IMG/VR virus record: IMGVR_UViG_3300047172_000023
Span: 1 to 39,149 of that record
Direction: 5' to 3' (one strand)
DNA: 39,149 bases
From: a virus
A program made the translations under genes and the position numbers. Shown here one piece after another: positions 29,990 to 39,149 of the stretch. Below the pieces are notes generated by a model. It ran no database searches and was not told the DNA's origin. It was given only the letters and a program-made list of their open reading frames with translations. Within the stretch, counting starts at the first letter, position 1; each line of letters opens with the position of its first letter.

Positions 29990-32977
29990 TTATGAGTAAA
30001 TATTTGGTTGGCGCAGTTTATTTGTGCCTTTCTTCATTCCAACGGTTAGGTTGAAACCCGATAAGCTCAATCCTTCTCCAAAGTTAGACGATTGCACGTC
30101 CTCCATTGTAAATTGTATAGCCGTACACTGCTGCCGCTCAAAATCAAATCTGAATTGGTAAAGTGGGAACTGCCCACCGTAAGGGGACCCGCCCCCATAA
30201 GGAGAGTCTTCTCCGTAGTTTGTTAAACTAAATAAAGAGCCTGCGTTTACGTAGTCTTGTTGAACCTGGGTGGGGTCAAAATCATAGGCAACTCCTACTA
30301 ACAGTTGGTGCGGGCTAATATAGTTACCCAAGAAAAGCGCTCGGTAGCATCTTTGAAACCCCTGCAATTGAGCCATCGATAACCACGATGTGGTAGCTTT
30401 TAATTTGATGAAGTTGCCGTTGTCTGTAAATAACCCCGGAGTTTCTTGTAAAACCATACCATCTGGATTAAGGTAGGTAAACTCATTTTCAAATATTACA
30501 GCATCAACGGCGTTATGGTTTGTAAATGTCGACCACTGTTTCATGTAGTAGTCGTACATTAGGCAAGTTTCATTGTCTGCCATTGTAAATCGCACTTGGT
30601 TTGTGGTGGCAATCAACTGAGCAGAAGTGATGGTAGCTGAATTGTAATACTCGACAGGCGCTCCTATATACTCCACAGAGAGGTTGCGACCCATTAGGTA
30701 TATGCCTTTTTCACTTTGGTACATTACTCCAACAGGCGTTTGTACAATAGAATTAGCGTTAATACAGCCGCTGTCACTAGTAATAAGTTGAGCATTTCCG
30801 TAATCGTTTTGAGCTCCCGTAGAATCTGGCCCCTGCCCCACAATGTAGAAAATCCTATCCTTCTTAAAAATTAAGAGGTAGCTGTCCATTTGCTGCAAGG
30901 CTGTTATGGCGCCGCCGCGAGAGTCTACGTTTAGAGTAAAGAGAGCGGACCACTGTACCGGCGTACCAGGAATAACTTCTTCGCTGAACCAAATTGTTAA
31001 TAGGCTTTCAGAAGGTACTAGCATCAGCCGGTTTACGTATTGCGTAATCAAAGCTGGTGCGGGAGGTGGGTCGTTACCAACCACATTACCGGTCGTGTAT
31101 AGAATTGGATTACCTTGAATAGATGCATCTGATGCTGTGTCTGTATATGTAACTGTATCAACAGTAGGGTCGTTGTAGAGTGGGTTGTTTATACCCAAGT
31201 TAGTAAGTTGGTAGAAGACGGTGCCATTACCCGTTGTGCGGTATACCGTAATTACAACTCCGGTTTTCTGTGACAAACGTAAAGTTGGAATAGTTAATGT
31301 AACCATCCCGGTGGTGACACCTGATGCAAAATTGATAGTTGTACCACCATCTGGTATAGAAGGAAAGGAGCGGTGGAGTTGTCCTTGGTTGTCCGTCCAC
31401 TCGTACGTCACACTATATTCATATTGGGTGGCAACGGAAGCACTTCCCAGGTTTCCGCCCGTAGATGCATTTGTATTACTGATATCCTCTGGGTAGACAT
31501 TGAAACCGCTCTCCACTACGTTAACCCCGTCGTATATAGAAAGGATTCCGCCGGTGAGTTGCAGGTTGTTTCCGATTTCCGCCTTGTAGAAGATATTGTT
31601 GGAAGTAAAATCCAGTGTGGTTTCGGTTACTCCAGTTTGCGTATAGGCCGTGCCACTAATTGTAGTTAGTAAATCCTTTTGAAGTGTGGCAAAGCTGACC
31701 GTCCCTGCCGTAACTTGCACAGACTCCGGAACAAGTTCGGTGGTAAGCAGCCCGCCCCCCACGAGGTCCTGTTCTTTTGCTACAATTATACCAGCAGCCG
31801 TAACGGTAAAATAAGTGGGTTGTTGGGGTTGCTGATAGGCGACTGTAAAGTATACCGTTGTTAAGTATAAGAAAGGTTTAGCTGCAATTCCAACTGAACG
31901 TAAGAATACTTTTGCAGTACCGATGACAGAAGCGTTGGTTCCTGTGTTGGTTCTAATTAAATGGTTGTAGGGGAGTGCGGCACTAACTTCGTACCAGAAT
32001 TGACCTTTGCCGTTGTTTGTGTAACAAATTATTCTCACAACGTTTGAAAGAGTCTCAACTGTTGTTGGTCCAGTAACCGGAGTCGCAACTAGAGTCGACG
32101 TGATTACAAAATAACGAACTGCTGTTCCATTGTAGTATGTAATCCAAAGTTGAAGAAGTGCCGGGTCTGGCACTATGCTGATGCAAACTGAAGCATTGTT
32201 ACCGGTGTAATCTTGTGCTGAAGATATTACTAAGAATTGATTTACGTTCTTAACAGAGATGCCATTTCCAACATCGCTGTTATTGTAAGCAAAGTAAATC
32301 CTGTTGTTTAGCATGCACGCATCGTAATTAGGATTAGATACGTTTACATTTGTAGCTGCATCTATAGGAGCGTTGGGGGCGAGGGGGTTTACTACCGGGA
32401 TTGAAACTAGGCGTAAGTGATGGGTTGCGGTATCAATGTAAAAGATAATCAGGTACTGACCTACCGCAAATGGCTTAGCCATTATCGACGTAGAAACTAA
32501 CGCTTGGTCTTGTACGACTGCTTGCCCGGTTATAGAATCAACTATAGAGTACCGGCAGCTCCCCCGAGAGTCAGTCCACGTAAAACATTGAAGACCGTCC
32601 GGGTGTTGAGCCATGTCTTGCACAGTTTGTTGGTAGGTGTTTCGTATTATTGGGGCTTCTGTAACTTCCATTGAAGTTAGAGGCCCTTTGTTTACCCAGA
32701 CTTCGTTTGACTGCGAGTAGGAGTACAGGAATGAACCGTCAAACTCAATTAACTCGTCTTTAAAGGTTGCTAGCCCTTGACCAACACTAATTAATCCTGC
32801 TCCGTCTATTTGTTGAGAGAGGGCGGTGTACCCATTACGTTTACGTATCTCTCCAGGAGTGGTGAATATGGCGTTTTGTAGTAAAAGGAATTTACCTGGC
32901 ACAACTTGCTTGAAGTCTGTTTTTAAATCCAGACCTTGCGCAAAGCTAATGGGTATATTTTGTGGGATAAGAGCCAA
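29990..32977 (-). CDS. Tail nozzle protein (T7 gp12 / tail tubular protein B-like)
   Basis: 995 aa. The N-terminus MALIPQNIPISFAQGLDLKTD...GEIRKRNG parallels the recalled T7 gp12 N-terminus MALISQSIKNLKGGISQQPD...GLQKRP. Confidence 0.6.
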   Translation of the reverse strand: MALIPQNIPISFAQGLDLKTDFKQVVPGKFLLLQNAIFTTPGEIRKRNGYTALSQQIDGAGLISVGQGLATFKDELIEFDGSFLYSYSQSNEVWVNKGPLTSMEVTEAPIIRNTYQQTVQDMAQHPDGLQCFTWTDSRGSCRYSIVDSITGQAVVQDQALVSTSIMAKPFAVGQYLIIFYIDTATHHLRLVSIPVVNPLAPNAPIDAATNVNVSNPNYDACMLNNRIYFAYNNSDVGNGISVKNVNQFLVISSAQDYTGNNASVCISIVPDPALLQLWITYYNGTAVRYFVITSTLVATPVTGPTTVETLSNVVRIICYTNNGKGQFWYEVSAALPYNHLIRTNTGTNASVIGTAKVFLRSVGIAAKPFLYLTTVYFTVAYQQPQQPTYFTVTAAGIIVAKEQDLVGGGLLTTELVPESVQVTAGTVSFATLQKDLLTTISGTAYTQTGVTETTLDFTSNNIFYKAEIGNNLQLTGGILSIYDGVNVVESGFNVYPEDISNTNASTGGNLGSASVATQYEYSVTYEWTDNQGQLHRSFPSIPDGGTTINFASGVTTGMVTLTIPTLRLSQKTGVVITVYRTTGNGTVFYQLTNLGINNPLYNDPTVDTVTYTDTASDASIQGNPILYTTGNVVGNDPPPAPALITQYVNRLMLVPSESLLTIWFSEEVIPGTPVQWSALFTLNVDSRGGAITALQQMDSYLLIFKKDRIFYIVGQGPDSTGAQNDYGNAQLITSDSGCINANSIVQTPVGVMYQSEKGIYLMGRNLSVEYIGAPVEYYNSATITSAQLIATTNQVRFTMADNETCLMYDYYMKQWSTFTNHNAVDAVIFENEFTYLNPDGMVLQETPGLFTDNGNFIKLKATTSWLSMAQLQGFQRCYRALFLGNYISPHQLLVGVAYDFDPTQVQQDYVNAGSLFSLTNYGEDSPYGGGSPYGGQFPLYQFRFDFERQQCTAIQFTMEDVQSSNFGEGLSLSGFNLTVGMKKGTNKLRQPNIYS

Positions 32978-32979
32978 GA

Positions 32980-34149
32980 TTATAATTCCGCAATTAGAAG
33001 TTTAACCGCATTTATTGAGACTGTCTGAGGAGACCCAAACAAGGGTACGCACTTGATACCAATTTGGTACGTGCTAGTTCCGGAAGAAAAGGACGAATCG
33101 ATAAAGGTTATGGATGCGGGGGAATATTCTGTTATACCGCCCGTTCCAGTTTGTCCCAGCAGCTGCTCAGAGATTACGTTGCCGTCTTTAATTATGTACA
33201 CACCAACCGCAGACGTGTTCCCGCCAGAAGACACCGCTCTTATTGACGCTTCACCAGTTCCGCCCGCCCCGTTGTCCGATTGGATAGAGCACATGACTAG
33301 GCGGTAACCGCTTAATCCTATTGAAGTTGCGGTATTCGGAACTGGAGTTACAAACCCATTCTGACTGGTGGAAAAGGTTCCACTTGTACCGCTTATAGTC
33401 CAGTTGGGTGTGGATAATTGTACAGGACCTACGGCTCCGTTGGCTATGTTTCCTCGTTGGATTCCCAAAGGAGCGACTTCTAATGTGTTACTAGAAACTG
33501 TTAGTGTAGCATTATCAACATCATATACGTCACCAACGTTTCCGCTGGAGTCTACTGTAAGAATCTTTGTAGACGCAGGTAAAGAAACGGGCAATGTTAA
33601 GTTGTAGCTGCTACTTAAACTTGTAGATGCAAGAAGCGTAACTCCTAGTGTATGAGAATTAGAGGGATGGATTGTAATAGCGCCAGTGTCCATAAGAGCA
33701 CTGACATTAGGGGCGGACCAGAAGGTAAAGGTAGAAGTGGCGCTTGTATAGAAGGCAGAAGCTGTAGAAGTTCCGTAGTCGCCTCCGAAACCTCCTACAG
33801 TCGACGCATCTAGCCCCGCCCCTGCAGTAATTTGAACCTGGTTGCCCACACCATTGTTATAGTAGAGGTTGTTACCGGAAACATACAAACAAGTTAAGTC
33901 TGTGACACCAGAAAGGGGTGTCGATTGGTTCGACATCCTTACTGAACGAAGCAAAGTTGCATTGTAACCGTTAAAAGGAAGGTCTCCGTTAAGAGAAATG
34001 CCGTTTGTGGGTACGGGAACACCGTTCCCAGGGGTGTGGTTGTGCGCATCTACTACATCAAAAGCTGCATTTAACTCTGTGGCCCATTCGGGTCCCAGTG
34101 TAGAGCCTACTGTCGGAAGTACTAGGCCCATGTAAGGTGTGGGGGGCAT
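32980..34149 (-). CDS. Tail fibre/spike-like protein (389 aa)
   Basis: The N-terminus is MGLVLPTVGSTLGPEWATELNAAFDVVDAHNHTPGNG. The rest is S/T/G-rich and beta-like. Confidence 0.5.
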   Translation of the reverse strand: MPPTPYMGLVLPTVGSTLGPEWATELNAAFDVVDAHNHTPGNGVPVPTNGISLNGDLPFNGYNATLLRSVRMSNQSTPLSGVTDLTCLYVSGNNLYYNNGVGNQVQITAGAGLDASTVGGFGGDYGTSTASAFYTSATSTFTFWSAPNVSALMDTGAITIHPSNSHTLGVTLLASTSLSSSYNLTLPVSLPASTKILTVDSSGNVGDVYDVDNATLTVSSNTLEVAPLGIQRGNIANGAVGPVQLSTPNWTISGTSGTFSTSQNGFVTPVPNTATSIGLSGYRLVMCSIQSDNGAGGTGEASIRAVSSGGNTSAVGVYIIKDGNVISEQLLGQTGTGGITEYSPASITFIDSSFSSGTSTYQIGIKCVPLFGSPQTVSINAVKLLIAEL

Positions 34150-34160
34150 TAACTAACTCC

Positions 34161-34481
34161 TTAAAATACTACTAAGTCCACGGTGACGGCCGCAGAGCTG
34201 TATAAAATCAATGTTTTTGACTGGCTAATGTTCGTATCTTGGTTGTCGTAGAAGGTTGCCGCAACTCCTCGAATACGGGTAACAATCCAGCCTTTTAAAG
34301 GGGCGTCCAGGCCATGATAAATCGTATTGTTACCAACAACTAAGGCAACTTTCTGTAATAGGTTCCCAGTAATTAATGGTTGAACTGAGAGATTGTCTAC
34401 GACTTTGCTGATGTTGCTTTGAAGTTGATTTACCGCGTAATCGGTCGTAGTAATCTTTTGGAATTTGCCAAGAGCGGGCAT
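34161..34481 (-). CDS. Hypothetical virion protein (106 aa)
   Basis: Track ORF trimmed to the ATG at 34481, which overlaps the upstream stop as TAATG. Confidence 0.45.
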   Translation of the reverse strand: MPALGKFQKITTTDYAVNQLQSNISKVVDNLSVQPLITGNLLQKVALVVGNNTIYHGLDAPLKGWIVTRIRGVAATFYDNQDTNISQSKTLILYSSAAVTVDLVVF

Positions 34482-35269
34482 TAAAGGAATCCGCCCGTTC
34501 CATTGCCCCATCCCCAACCACTATCCGAACCAAACCAATTCTGGCTTTGCGAGTCGGACACGACTTGGGGGTTGCCGGCATCGCGATTCTCAGCTGCAGC
34601 CTCAATACGCTGGATAAGAGCTTGCTTTTGAGCCAATAAAACGCTGACATCGCTCTCCTGTTTCTGTAAACATTTAATTGCCGCATCAACAATGATGTAC
34701 TCAGTCCACCCGCTCACTCCATCGCACACGTCAGTAAGGGCGGCCAGCTGGGTTAGCCTTGGAATGTACCAAACTCTGATAGTTTGCCCTGCTGCAGGCG
34801 TAGGAGTAAACCAGACGTTGTTTCCTTGGAGTCTATAACGCAGGTTGGTAAGTCCGTAGAAGGCTTGCATGTTTGGCACAGAATAGCGATTGCGTTCTGC
34901 GAACATGAATGGAGGGATTGTGATGAATGAATCTGAAACTGTGGGATTGAGGTTGAGGTCCAGCCCCAAGACTTTGTAGAAAGCTTGTGCGCCGCTGTAG
35001 TTTGTACCGTTTGGCAAAGGATACAAGTAGGATTGACCATCAGTGCTGATGTTAATAGGCGGTGCAACAAAGTAATCGTCTCCATATTTCTGAACCATTA
35101 TGTCGTAGAGTTCGTAATAGGATTGGTTGATGTAGGTAATTAATTCAGGGTCAGTGACAAAATAGTTTGTGCTGGTTAGAGAGGGAGTGTAGTTCTGCGG
35201 AAGCATGTCTGCTCGCGAACGCACCTGAATCATGAGGTCGCTTAATGTAAGTGTGCCTTGTTCGGCCAT
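34481..35269 (-). CDS. Head-tail adaptor (T7 gp11 / tail tubular protein A-like)
   Basis: 262 aa. GWTEYIIVDAAIKCLQKQESDVSVLLAQKQALIQRIEAAAENRD parallels the recalled gp11 C-terminal region CFRYWIVTKASRQF...EEEDEARRL. It lies upstream of the nozzle. Confidence 0.45.
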   Translation of the reverse strand: MAEQGTLTLSDLMIQVRSRADMLPQNYTPSLTSTNYFVTDPELITYINQSYYELYDIMVQKYGDDYFVAPPINISTDGQSYLYPLPNGTNYSGAQAFYKVLGLDLNLNPTVSDSFITIPPFMFAERNRYSVPNMQAFYGLTNLRYRLQGNNVWFTPTPAAGQTIRVWYIPRLTQLAALTDVCDGVSGWTEYIIVDAAIKCLQKQESDVSVLLAQKQALIQRIEAAAENRDAGNPQVVSDSQSQNWFGSDSGWGWGNGTGGFL

Positions 35270-35310
35270 GGTAAGGTCGGGGGCCCGCTACGCAGTACCC
35301 CCCGCTCCTA

Positions 35311-35604
35311 TTAGAACATCGGATTACGCTCAACGCCTTTTTCATTCTCGCTGGGCTTATTGTCTGGCTCTTCGCCAGGCTGGAGTTGTTTATGCAACTC
35401 TAAGTAGGACGACAGTGCTTTGTGCATGTCTCCCGGGTGCTTTCTGGAGATAGCATCAACCATGTCTTCCATGCAGGCGTGTAAACCTGCAAAGTCGTGG
35501 TCGACATTCTCAACTGCACCGCCTTCAGCAAGCTTCTGAGGCTCTTCACCGTGTTTCATCTTGCCTAGGATAAGCGTTGCCGCTTTCTTTTTATCGAACA
35601 TCAT
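35311..35604 (-). CDS. Hypothetical protein (97 aa)
   Basis: ATG ORF. Charged and His-rich. Confidence 0.5.
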   Translation of the reverse strand: MMFDKKKAATLILGKMKHGEEPQKLAEGGAVENVDHDFAGLHACMEDMVDAISRKHPGDMHKALSSYLELHKQLQPGEEPDNKPSENEKGVERNPMF

Positions 35605-35606
35605 TG

Positions 35607-36251
35607 TTATTCTCCTTGAACAACAACCGAGCTATTGCTTAGGTAGAAGCTCAATCCGATAACTGTTCCGTTAGCGGGAGCTGTTACTGCGCCAGCATCA
35701 AAACATTGCAGGAGTATTTGATTAATTCCACCGGGGTTGTTAAGAGTTTGGTTGGGGTCACCGAACACTTCGATGTGGTCGATTCCTGAGCCAGCTGCAG
35801 CCGGAGCTTGGACTGTTGCCCCGCCACCAATTGTAGCAGATGCGGTTGCAATGAAGGATTGTCCTATTGTGGGGATTAATCCAACAGGAAGTCCGACAGC
35901 TTGCCATTGAGCAGGTGTCGCAGTTCCTAAAGAAGTAATTGTATACAAACCATTAGCCGTGGTAGCAGTCAGAGAAGTTCCACTACTTGGCGAGACGAAC
36001 CCATCAAATCCGCCGTAGTAGCGGAAGTACGTGTCATCCAATTGGACAACTATGACACCCGGAGCTGGGTTTGGGTTACCGGGAGCGGGGGTTGCTGTCG
36101 TGTGCATGAACACGTTAGAAATTCCGGCTCCTTTGAGAGACCGAATTCCAAGTCCATTACCATTTGCGTTATCGACTACAAAGTTGCAGTCAAGCAACAC
36201 CGGCATTGCGTGCCTGGTGTAAAAGAACTGCCTCATGTATTTATTAGCCAT
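35607..36251 (-). CDS. Hypothetical virion protein (214 aa)
   Basis: Beta-rich and G/A/T-rich. It lies in the head-tail region. Confidence 0.5.
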   Translation of the reverse strand: MANKYMRQFFYTRHAMPVLLDCNFVVDNANGNGLGIRSLKGAGISNVFMHTTATPAPGNPNPAPGVIVVQLDDTYFRYYGGFDGFVSPSSGTSLTATTANGLYTITSLGTATPAQWQAVGLPVGLIPTIGQSFIATASATIGGGATVQAPAAAGSGIDHIEVFGDPNQTLNNPGGINQILLQCFDAGAVTAPANGTVIGLSFYLSNSSVVVQGE

Positions 36252-36327
36252 GTTTATTACCTATTGGCCCCGAGTATTCACCATGAGAGGGGGCCGCTCT
36301 CCTGGGGATAGCCACTGTGGCTGGAAA

Positions 36328-36732
36328 TTAGTTAGCTGTGATGGGTGTTATTGTCAAAGTAACTGGAGTAGGGGCAAAAGAAGAACCATCACTTGTAAAG
36401 ATGTTGCAGCTGACTTGGTATGTCTGCGGCACGCTCTGGTCCAAGTTTCCTTGCTCGAGCACTTGGGGAGAGAACAAAAGGAAATTGAAGGGCACAACGA
36501 CGCTACCACTGGCGGGAGCGATGAATTGTTGTCCAAATCCTTTGGGCAGAGCTGAAAACCTGGCATTTACATTCATTTCGTAGTTTGGTGCTCCAGTGGG
36601 AAGAATTTGCGGATGCAGTTCTTGCACTGTAACGGCAGATGCACCACTGTTACTAATTGTTACATTAGCACTTGATTGTTGATTGTACCCTATTGGCGAT
36701 TGAGCCAGGGCAATTGTAGCTGTTAAAGCCAT
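36328..36732 (-). CDS. Ig-like/decoration-type protein, paralog B
   Basis: Shares ISNSGASAV[TN]V and TSDGS[SV]F[AS]PT...T[LI]T[IV].PI with 36749..37129. Confidence 0.55.
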   Translation of the reverse strand: MALTATIALAQSPIGYNQQSSANVTISNSGASAVTVQELHPQILPTGAPNYEMNVNARFSALPKGFGQQFIAPASGSVVVPFNFLLFSPQVLEQGNLDQSVPQTYQVSCNIFTSDGSSFAPTPVTLTITPITAN

Positions 36733-36748
36733 TGTTAGATTCCTTTAA

Positions 36749-37129
36749 TTAGGTTGCGTCTATGAGTACGATTGGTTTGACGGTAATTGTCGTCGCTGTG
36801 GGACTGAAAACTGACCCATCGCTAGTTTCAATGACCGCATAAAGGTCAAAGGTACTAACAGAAGGTTGAAAGTAAATGACCGGTATATAAAGTGTCAAGC
36901 TTCCAGAAGCGGGGACCGCCACTGGGAAGCCTGCGGAGAGCGGTGCATCACCAAATGCGCAGGACGTCTTATCCATTGGAATGGGGTTGCCTGTAGCATT
37001 GGTCATGAGTTGGCAACTAAGCACGTTCACAGCAGAAGCTCCGCTGTTACTAATGACAACAGTTGCGACTGCTTGTTGCTGAACGAACACCGTACTGGGT
37101 GCTACGCTGATTGTGGCTGCCATTGCCAT
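36749..37129 (-). CDS. Ig-like/decoration-type protein, paralog A
   Basis: Tandem duplicate located immediately downstream of the capsid gene. Confidence 0.55.
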   Translation of the reverse strand: MAMAATISVAPSTVFVQQQAVATVVISNSGASAVNVLSCQLMTNATGNPIPMDKTSCAFGDAPLSAGFPVAVPASGSLTLYIPVIYFQPSVSTFDLYAVIETSDGSVFSPTATTITVKPIVLIDAT

Positions 37130-37217
37130 ATATAAATCCTTTAGAAGTGCGGGATACCGGGTATCACAGGGTCGAACCCCTATACTATTTGCCCAGTACC
37201 CCGCTCTCCATTATCTC

Positions 37218-38459
37218 TTACGCAGAGAATTGAATGTACGCGTTCCAACCAGGAGCATTGGTGCGGAGTTGTGCATAGTACCCAACTCGAACTTCACCAG
37301 CGTCCGCGTTGTAAACACGGAGCATCTCAAGTCCGTCGCCATAACGAAGGATTTGGGGTGCGTCGCCCAGCGATTCCAAGGCCCATGTCTCCATTTGAAG
37401 GAGGTAGCCAGTGAGAGCGGGGCAGTTGCGGTCCGGGAACACCTTAATAAGGCTGTTCGCGCCGTTAACCAAGATACCTCGGAACCCGATTTCAGCAGGG
37501 TTCGCTTGGCCATCTTTACCGAATTGCACGTACTGAACCTTACTTCCAAGCGACTTTTCGAGTGCGCTGTAAGTAGCAAAGTTAGTAATACAGACGTTTG
37601 GTTTTCCGCCTTCACGAGCAAGCAAACTAGAAGCGTCGATTAGAGCCTCTTCGATTGTTTGCGCGCTTCCGTTATACCGCACGCCAGCAAGACGCACCGT
37701 ATCAACAGCGCGGGGTACGCCGAAGAAGTTATCGTTCGCCCCAGGAGCCACTTGTGGCAACCATGCTTGCAAACCTTTAATCTTCGCGTTGTTATCTCCT
37801 TGCACGAGCAAGAAGTCACCCACAGCCCAACCAGCCGGAGAGCCTGCCGCTCCACCCTGAGCAACGTTAGAAACGGTGATTAAACCGTTGCTTCGGTCGA
37901 CAGCAGTGATGTATCCAAGAGCCGCACGAGGCGTTCCCCCGTCCGTAGCGTTAGCTTGGATGGTCATGTTAACTTCGAATTGCACGACATCAGACGCATT
38001 GGCTAAGGTAATGACACCCGCTGTAATTGCTCCGATTTGGCTTAAAGAGCCCGTACCGCTCCTAAAGAGGGCGCTGGCCAGTGAGTTGGTGATAGAGCGA
38101 ATTGCGCCATCGATAACGAGCTTGGAACCTTCCAAGAACGCCATTTTGTCTGTACGCGAAGCCAGCATCGTTTGGTTATCAATCGTGGCAATAGAATAGT
38201 CGCTAGCTCGCGTTAACAAGAATGATTCAATTTGCACTGCTGATTGATTACTTTGCGCGTTTGCAAACGTCGAAGAACGACCTTGCGACACGCCAGTGAT
38301 GATTGGGATGGGTTTATACTTTCCACCAAAGTCCGTTCGCTTGGGAACCATCGCGAGGAACGGATTGTCCGCATACACTAAGTTCTCAACGACTTGTCCA
38401 TCATAGAGTTCTTTAAGTGCTGCGTTCATCGCGGTTAAATCTAAATAACCGGAAGCCAT
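37218..38459 (-). CDS. Major capsid protein
   Basis: 413 aa and the first gene after the scaffold. Called by size and position; no specific motif claimed. Confidence 0.65.
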   Translation of the reverse strand: MASGYLDLTAMNAALKELYDGQVVENLVYADNPFLAMVPKRTDFGGKYKPIPIITGVSQGRSSTFANAQSNQSAVQIESFLLTRASDYSIATIDNQTMLASRTDKMAFLEGSKLVIDGAIRSITNSLASALFRSGTGSLSQIGAITAGVITLANASDVVQFEVNMTIQANATDGGTPRAALGYITAVDRSNGLITVSNVAQGGAAGSPAGWAVGDFLLVQGDNNAKIKGLQAWLPQVAPGANDNFFGVPRAVDTVRLAGVRYNGSAQTIEEALIDASSLLAREGGKPNVCITNFATYSALEKSLGSKVQYVQFGKDGQANPAEIGFRGILVNGANSLIKVFPDRNCPALTGYLLQMETWALESLGDAPQILRYGDGLEMLRVYNADAGEVRVGYYAQLRTNAPGWNAYIQFSA

Positions 38460-38572
38460 TTGCTTTACCTAAAAGGTTTGAAGTGTTTCACACAACGTGG
38501 AACATTTCGTGATTTGCGTAACTACGCAGTTCTTGGTCGCTTCATAAGCGGTTGCTGAGGCCCGCTAGCCGT

Positions 38573-39149
38573 TTAGCCACGATTCAATGCAGCCATCGCT
38601 CTACTAATGCGGTCTTGCTCTGTCTTCGCCGGCAATAGTGAAGGGGCTGAAGAGGTCATCTCATTCGAGAGTGTCGGGGAAGATTGCTTTGTCCCTGGTT
38701 CCCGTTTGGACTGGCCGTCCTCTTTAGGCGTTTGTTTAGCCTGAAACTTCTTAGCTTTCTGTGCAGCAGCTACTTGGTCCTCAAAATACTTCTCAACGAG
38801 GTCCGCTGCTTCTTTAACAGATAAAATCTTCTTGGTATTGGCAAAGTGCTGCTCAATAGTAGCTTGCACAATAGCTTCACCTTGGTACATGGCCGTCAAC
38901 TCATAGGTGTCAGCATTAGTCTTTACAAAGTCACTGATTTCCTGACTGAACTCAGCGAGCGTCCTCTGGTATTCGGCCTTGGCAGCTTGCTCTTGTGCCT
39001 GCTTAGCAATCCGCTCTTTCTCTGCGGTCTCAGTACGGAGCTTCTCAATCTCTTGTTTAATGCTTTGCATCTCAAGCTCAGGAGTGGGCTTTTGTCCATT
39101 GAGCATGAACTGCGTAATCTGTTCGTATGAAAGACCAAGCATTTCAAGG
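38573..39149 (-). CDS. Scaffolding protein, C-terminal part (5' end runs off the window; continues from 1..438 after removing the 127-nt overlap)
   Basis: Helical, charged sequence (EKERIAKQAQEQAAKAEYQRTLAEF...). It lies between the portal and capsid genes. The frame stays open to the window edge. Confidence 0.65.
   Translation of the reverse strand, partial: LEMLGLSYEQITQFMLNGQKPTPELEMQSIKQEIEKLRTETAEKERIAKQAQEQAAKAEYQRTLAEFSQEISDFVKTNADTYELTAMYQGEAIVQATIEQHFANTKKILSVKEAADLVEKYFEDQVAAAQKAKKFQAKQTPKEDGQSKREPGTKQSSPTLSNEMTSSAPSLLPAKTEQDRISRAMAALNRG
39023..39149. repeat. Terminal direct repeat copy 2 (identical to 1..127)
   Basis: Same 127-nt string as the window start. Coordinates were anchored on the ORF-track start at 39142, which equals position 120 in copy 1. 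Confidence 0.95.

Noticed and set aside
17133-31376. The 9-mer GAGCGGTGG occurs four times (6314-6322 minus strand, 17133, 29889, 31368) and resembles a Chi-like motif.
   Set aside because: After correcting for the number of possible 9-mers, several words with four hits are expected by chance. Orientation is mixed and I could not do a full k-mer count.
1-39149. Prophage or integrative element, CRISPR array, or defence island.
   Set aside because: There is no integrase or recombinase, no att-like repeat other than the assembly overlap, no spacer-repeat array and no host genes. The whole window is a phage genome.

Overview
The window is a complete, circularly closed tailed-phage genome. The first 127 nt are identical to the last 127 nt, so the unique length is about 39,022 bp. 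All calls come from reading the sequence and ORF track and from recalled family motifs; no searches were run.

Layout:
- A minus-strand block runs from 6194 down through the window junction to 16527. It holds small genes, terL, a T7-type portal, a scaffold gene split by the window edge, and the major capsid. These are followed by two Ig-like paralogs, a gp11-like adaptor, a gp12-like nozzle, Q/A/G-rich internal proteins and at least 5 fibre-like genes. It ends in a lysis cassette of a membrane protein, a secreted trypsin-like protease and an M15 peptidase.
- A plus-strand block (6418-16618) holds the replication genes: a Cas4-like nuclease, family A DNA polymerase, AEP primase, a PD-(D/E)XK nuclease and an HNH endonuclease. 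It also holds a putative dNTP diphosphohydrolase-like protein, a HAD phosphatase, an envelope-protein cluster with a signal-peptide lytic transglycosylase, and several zinc-ribbon mini-proteins.
- I saw no phage RNA polymerase, helicase, integrase, CRISPR array or canonical tRNA.

Most unusual items:
1. Two back-to-back tRNA-like structured RNAs in a 268-nt gene-free gap (15100-15344).
2. A secreted S1 serine protease inside the lysis cassette.
3. A 27-nt element shared by the two largest intergenic regions.
4. Sigma70-like promoters placed 6 nt from ATG codons, which suggests leaderless mRNAs.
5. A run of long out-of-frame gene overlaps, including an HNH gene overlapped at both ends.
6. Several paralog and repeat families among the virion proteins.
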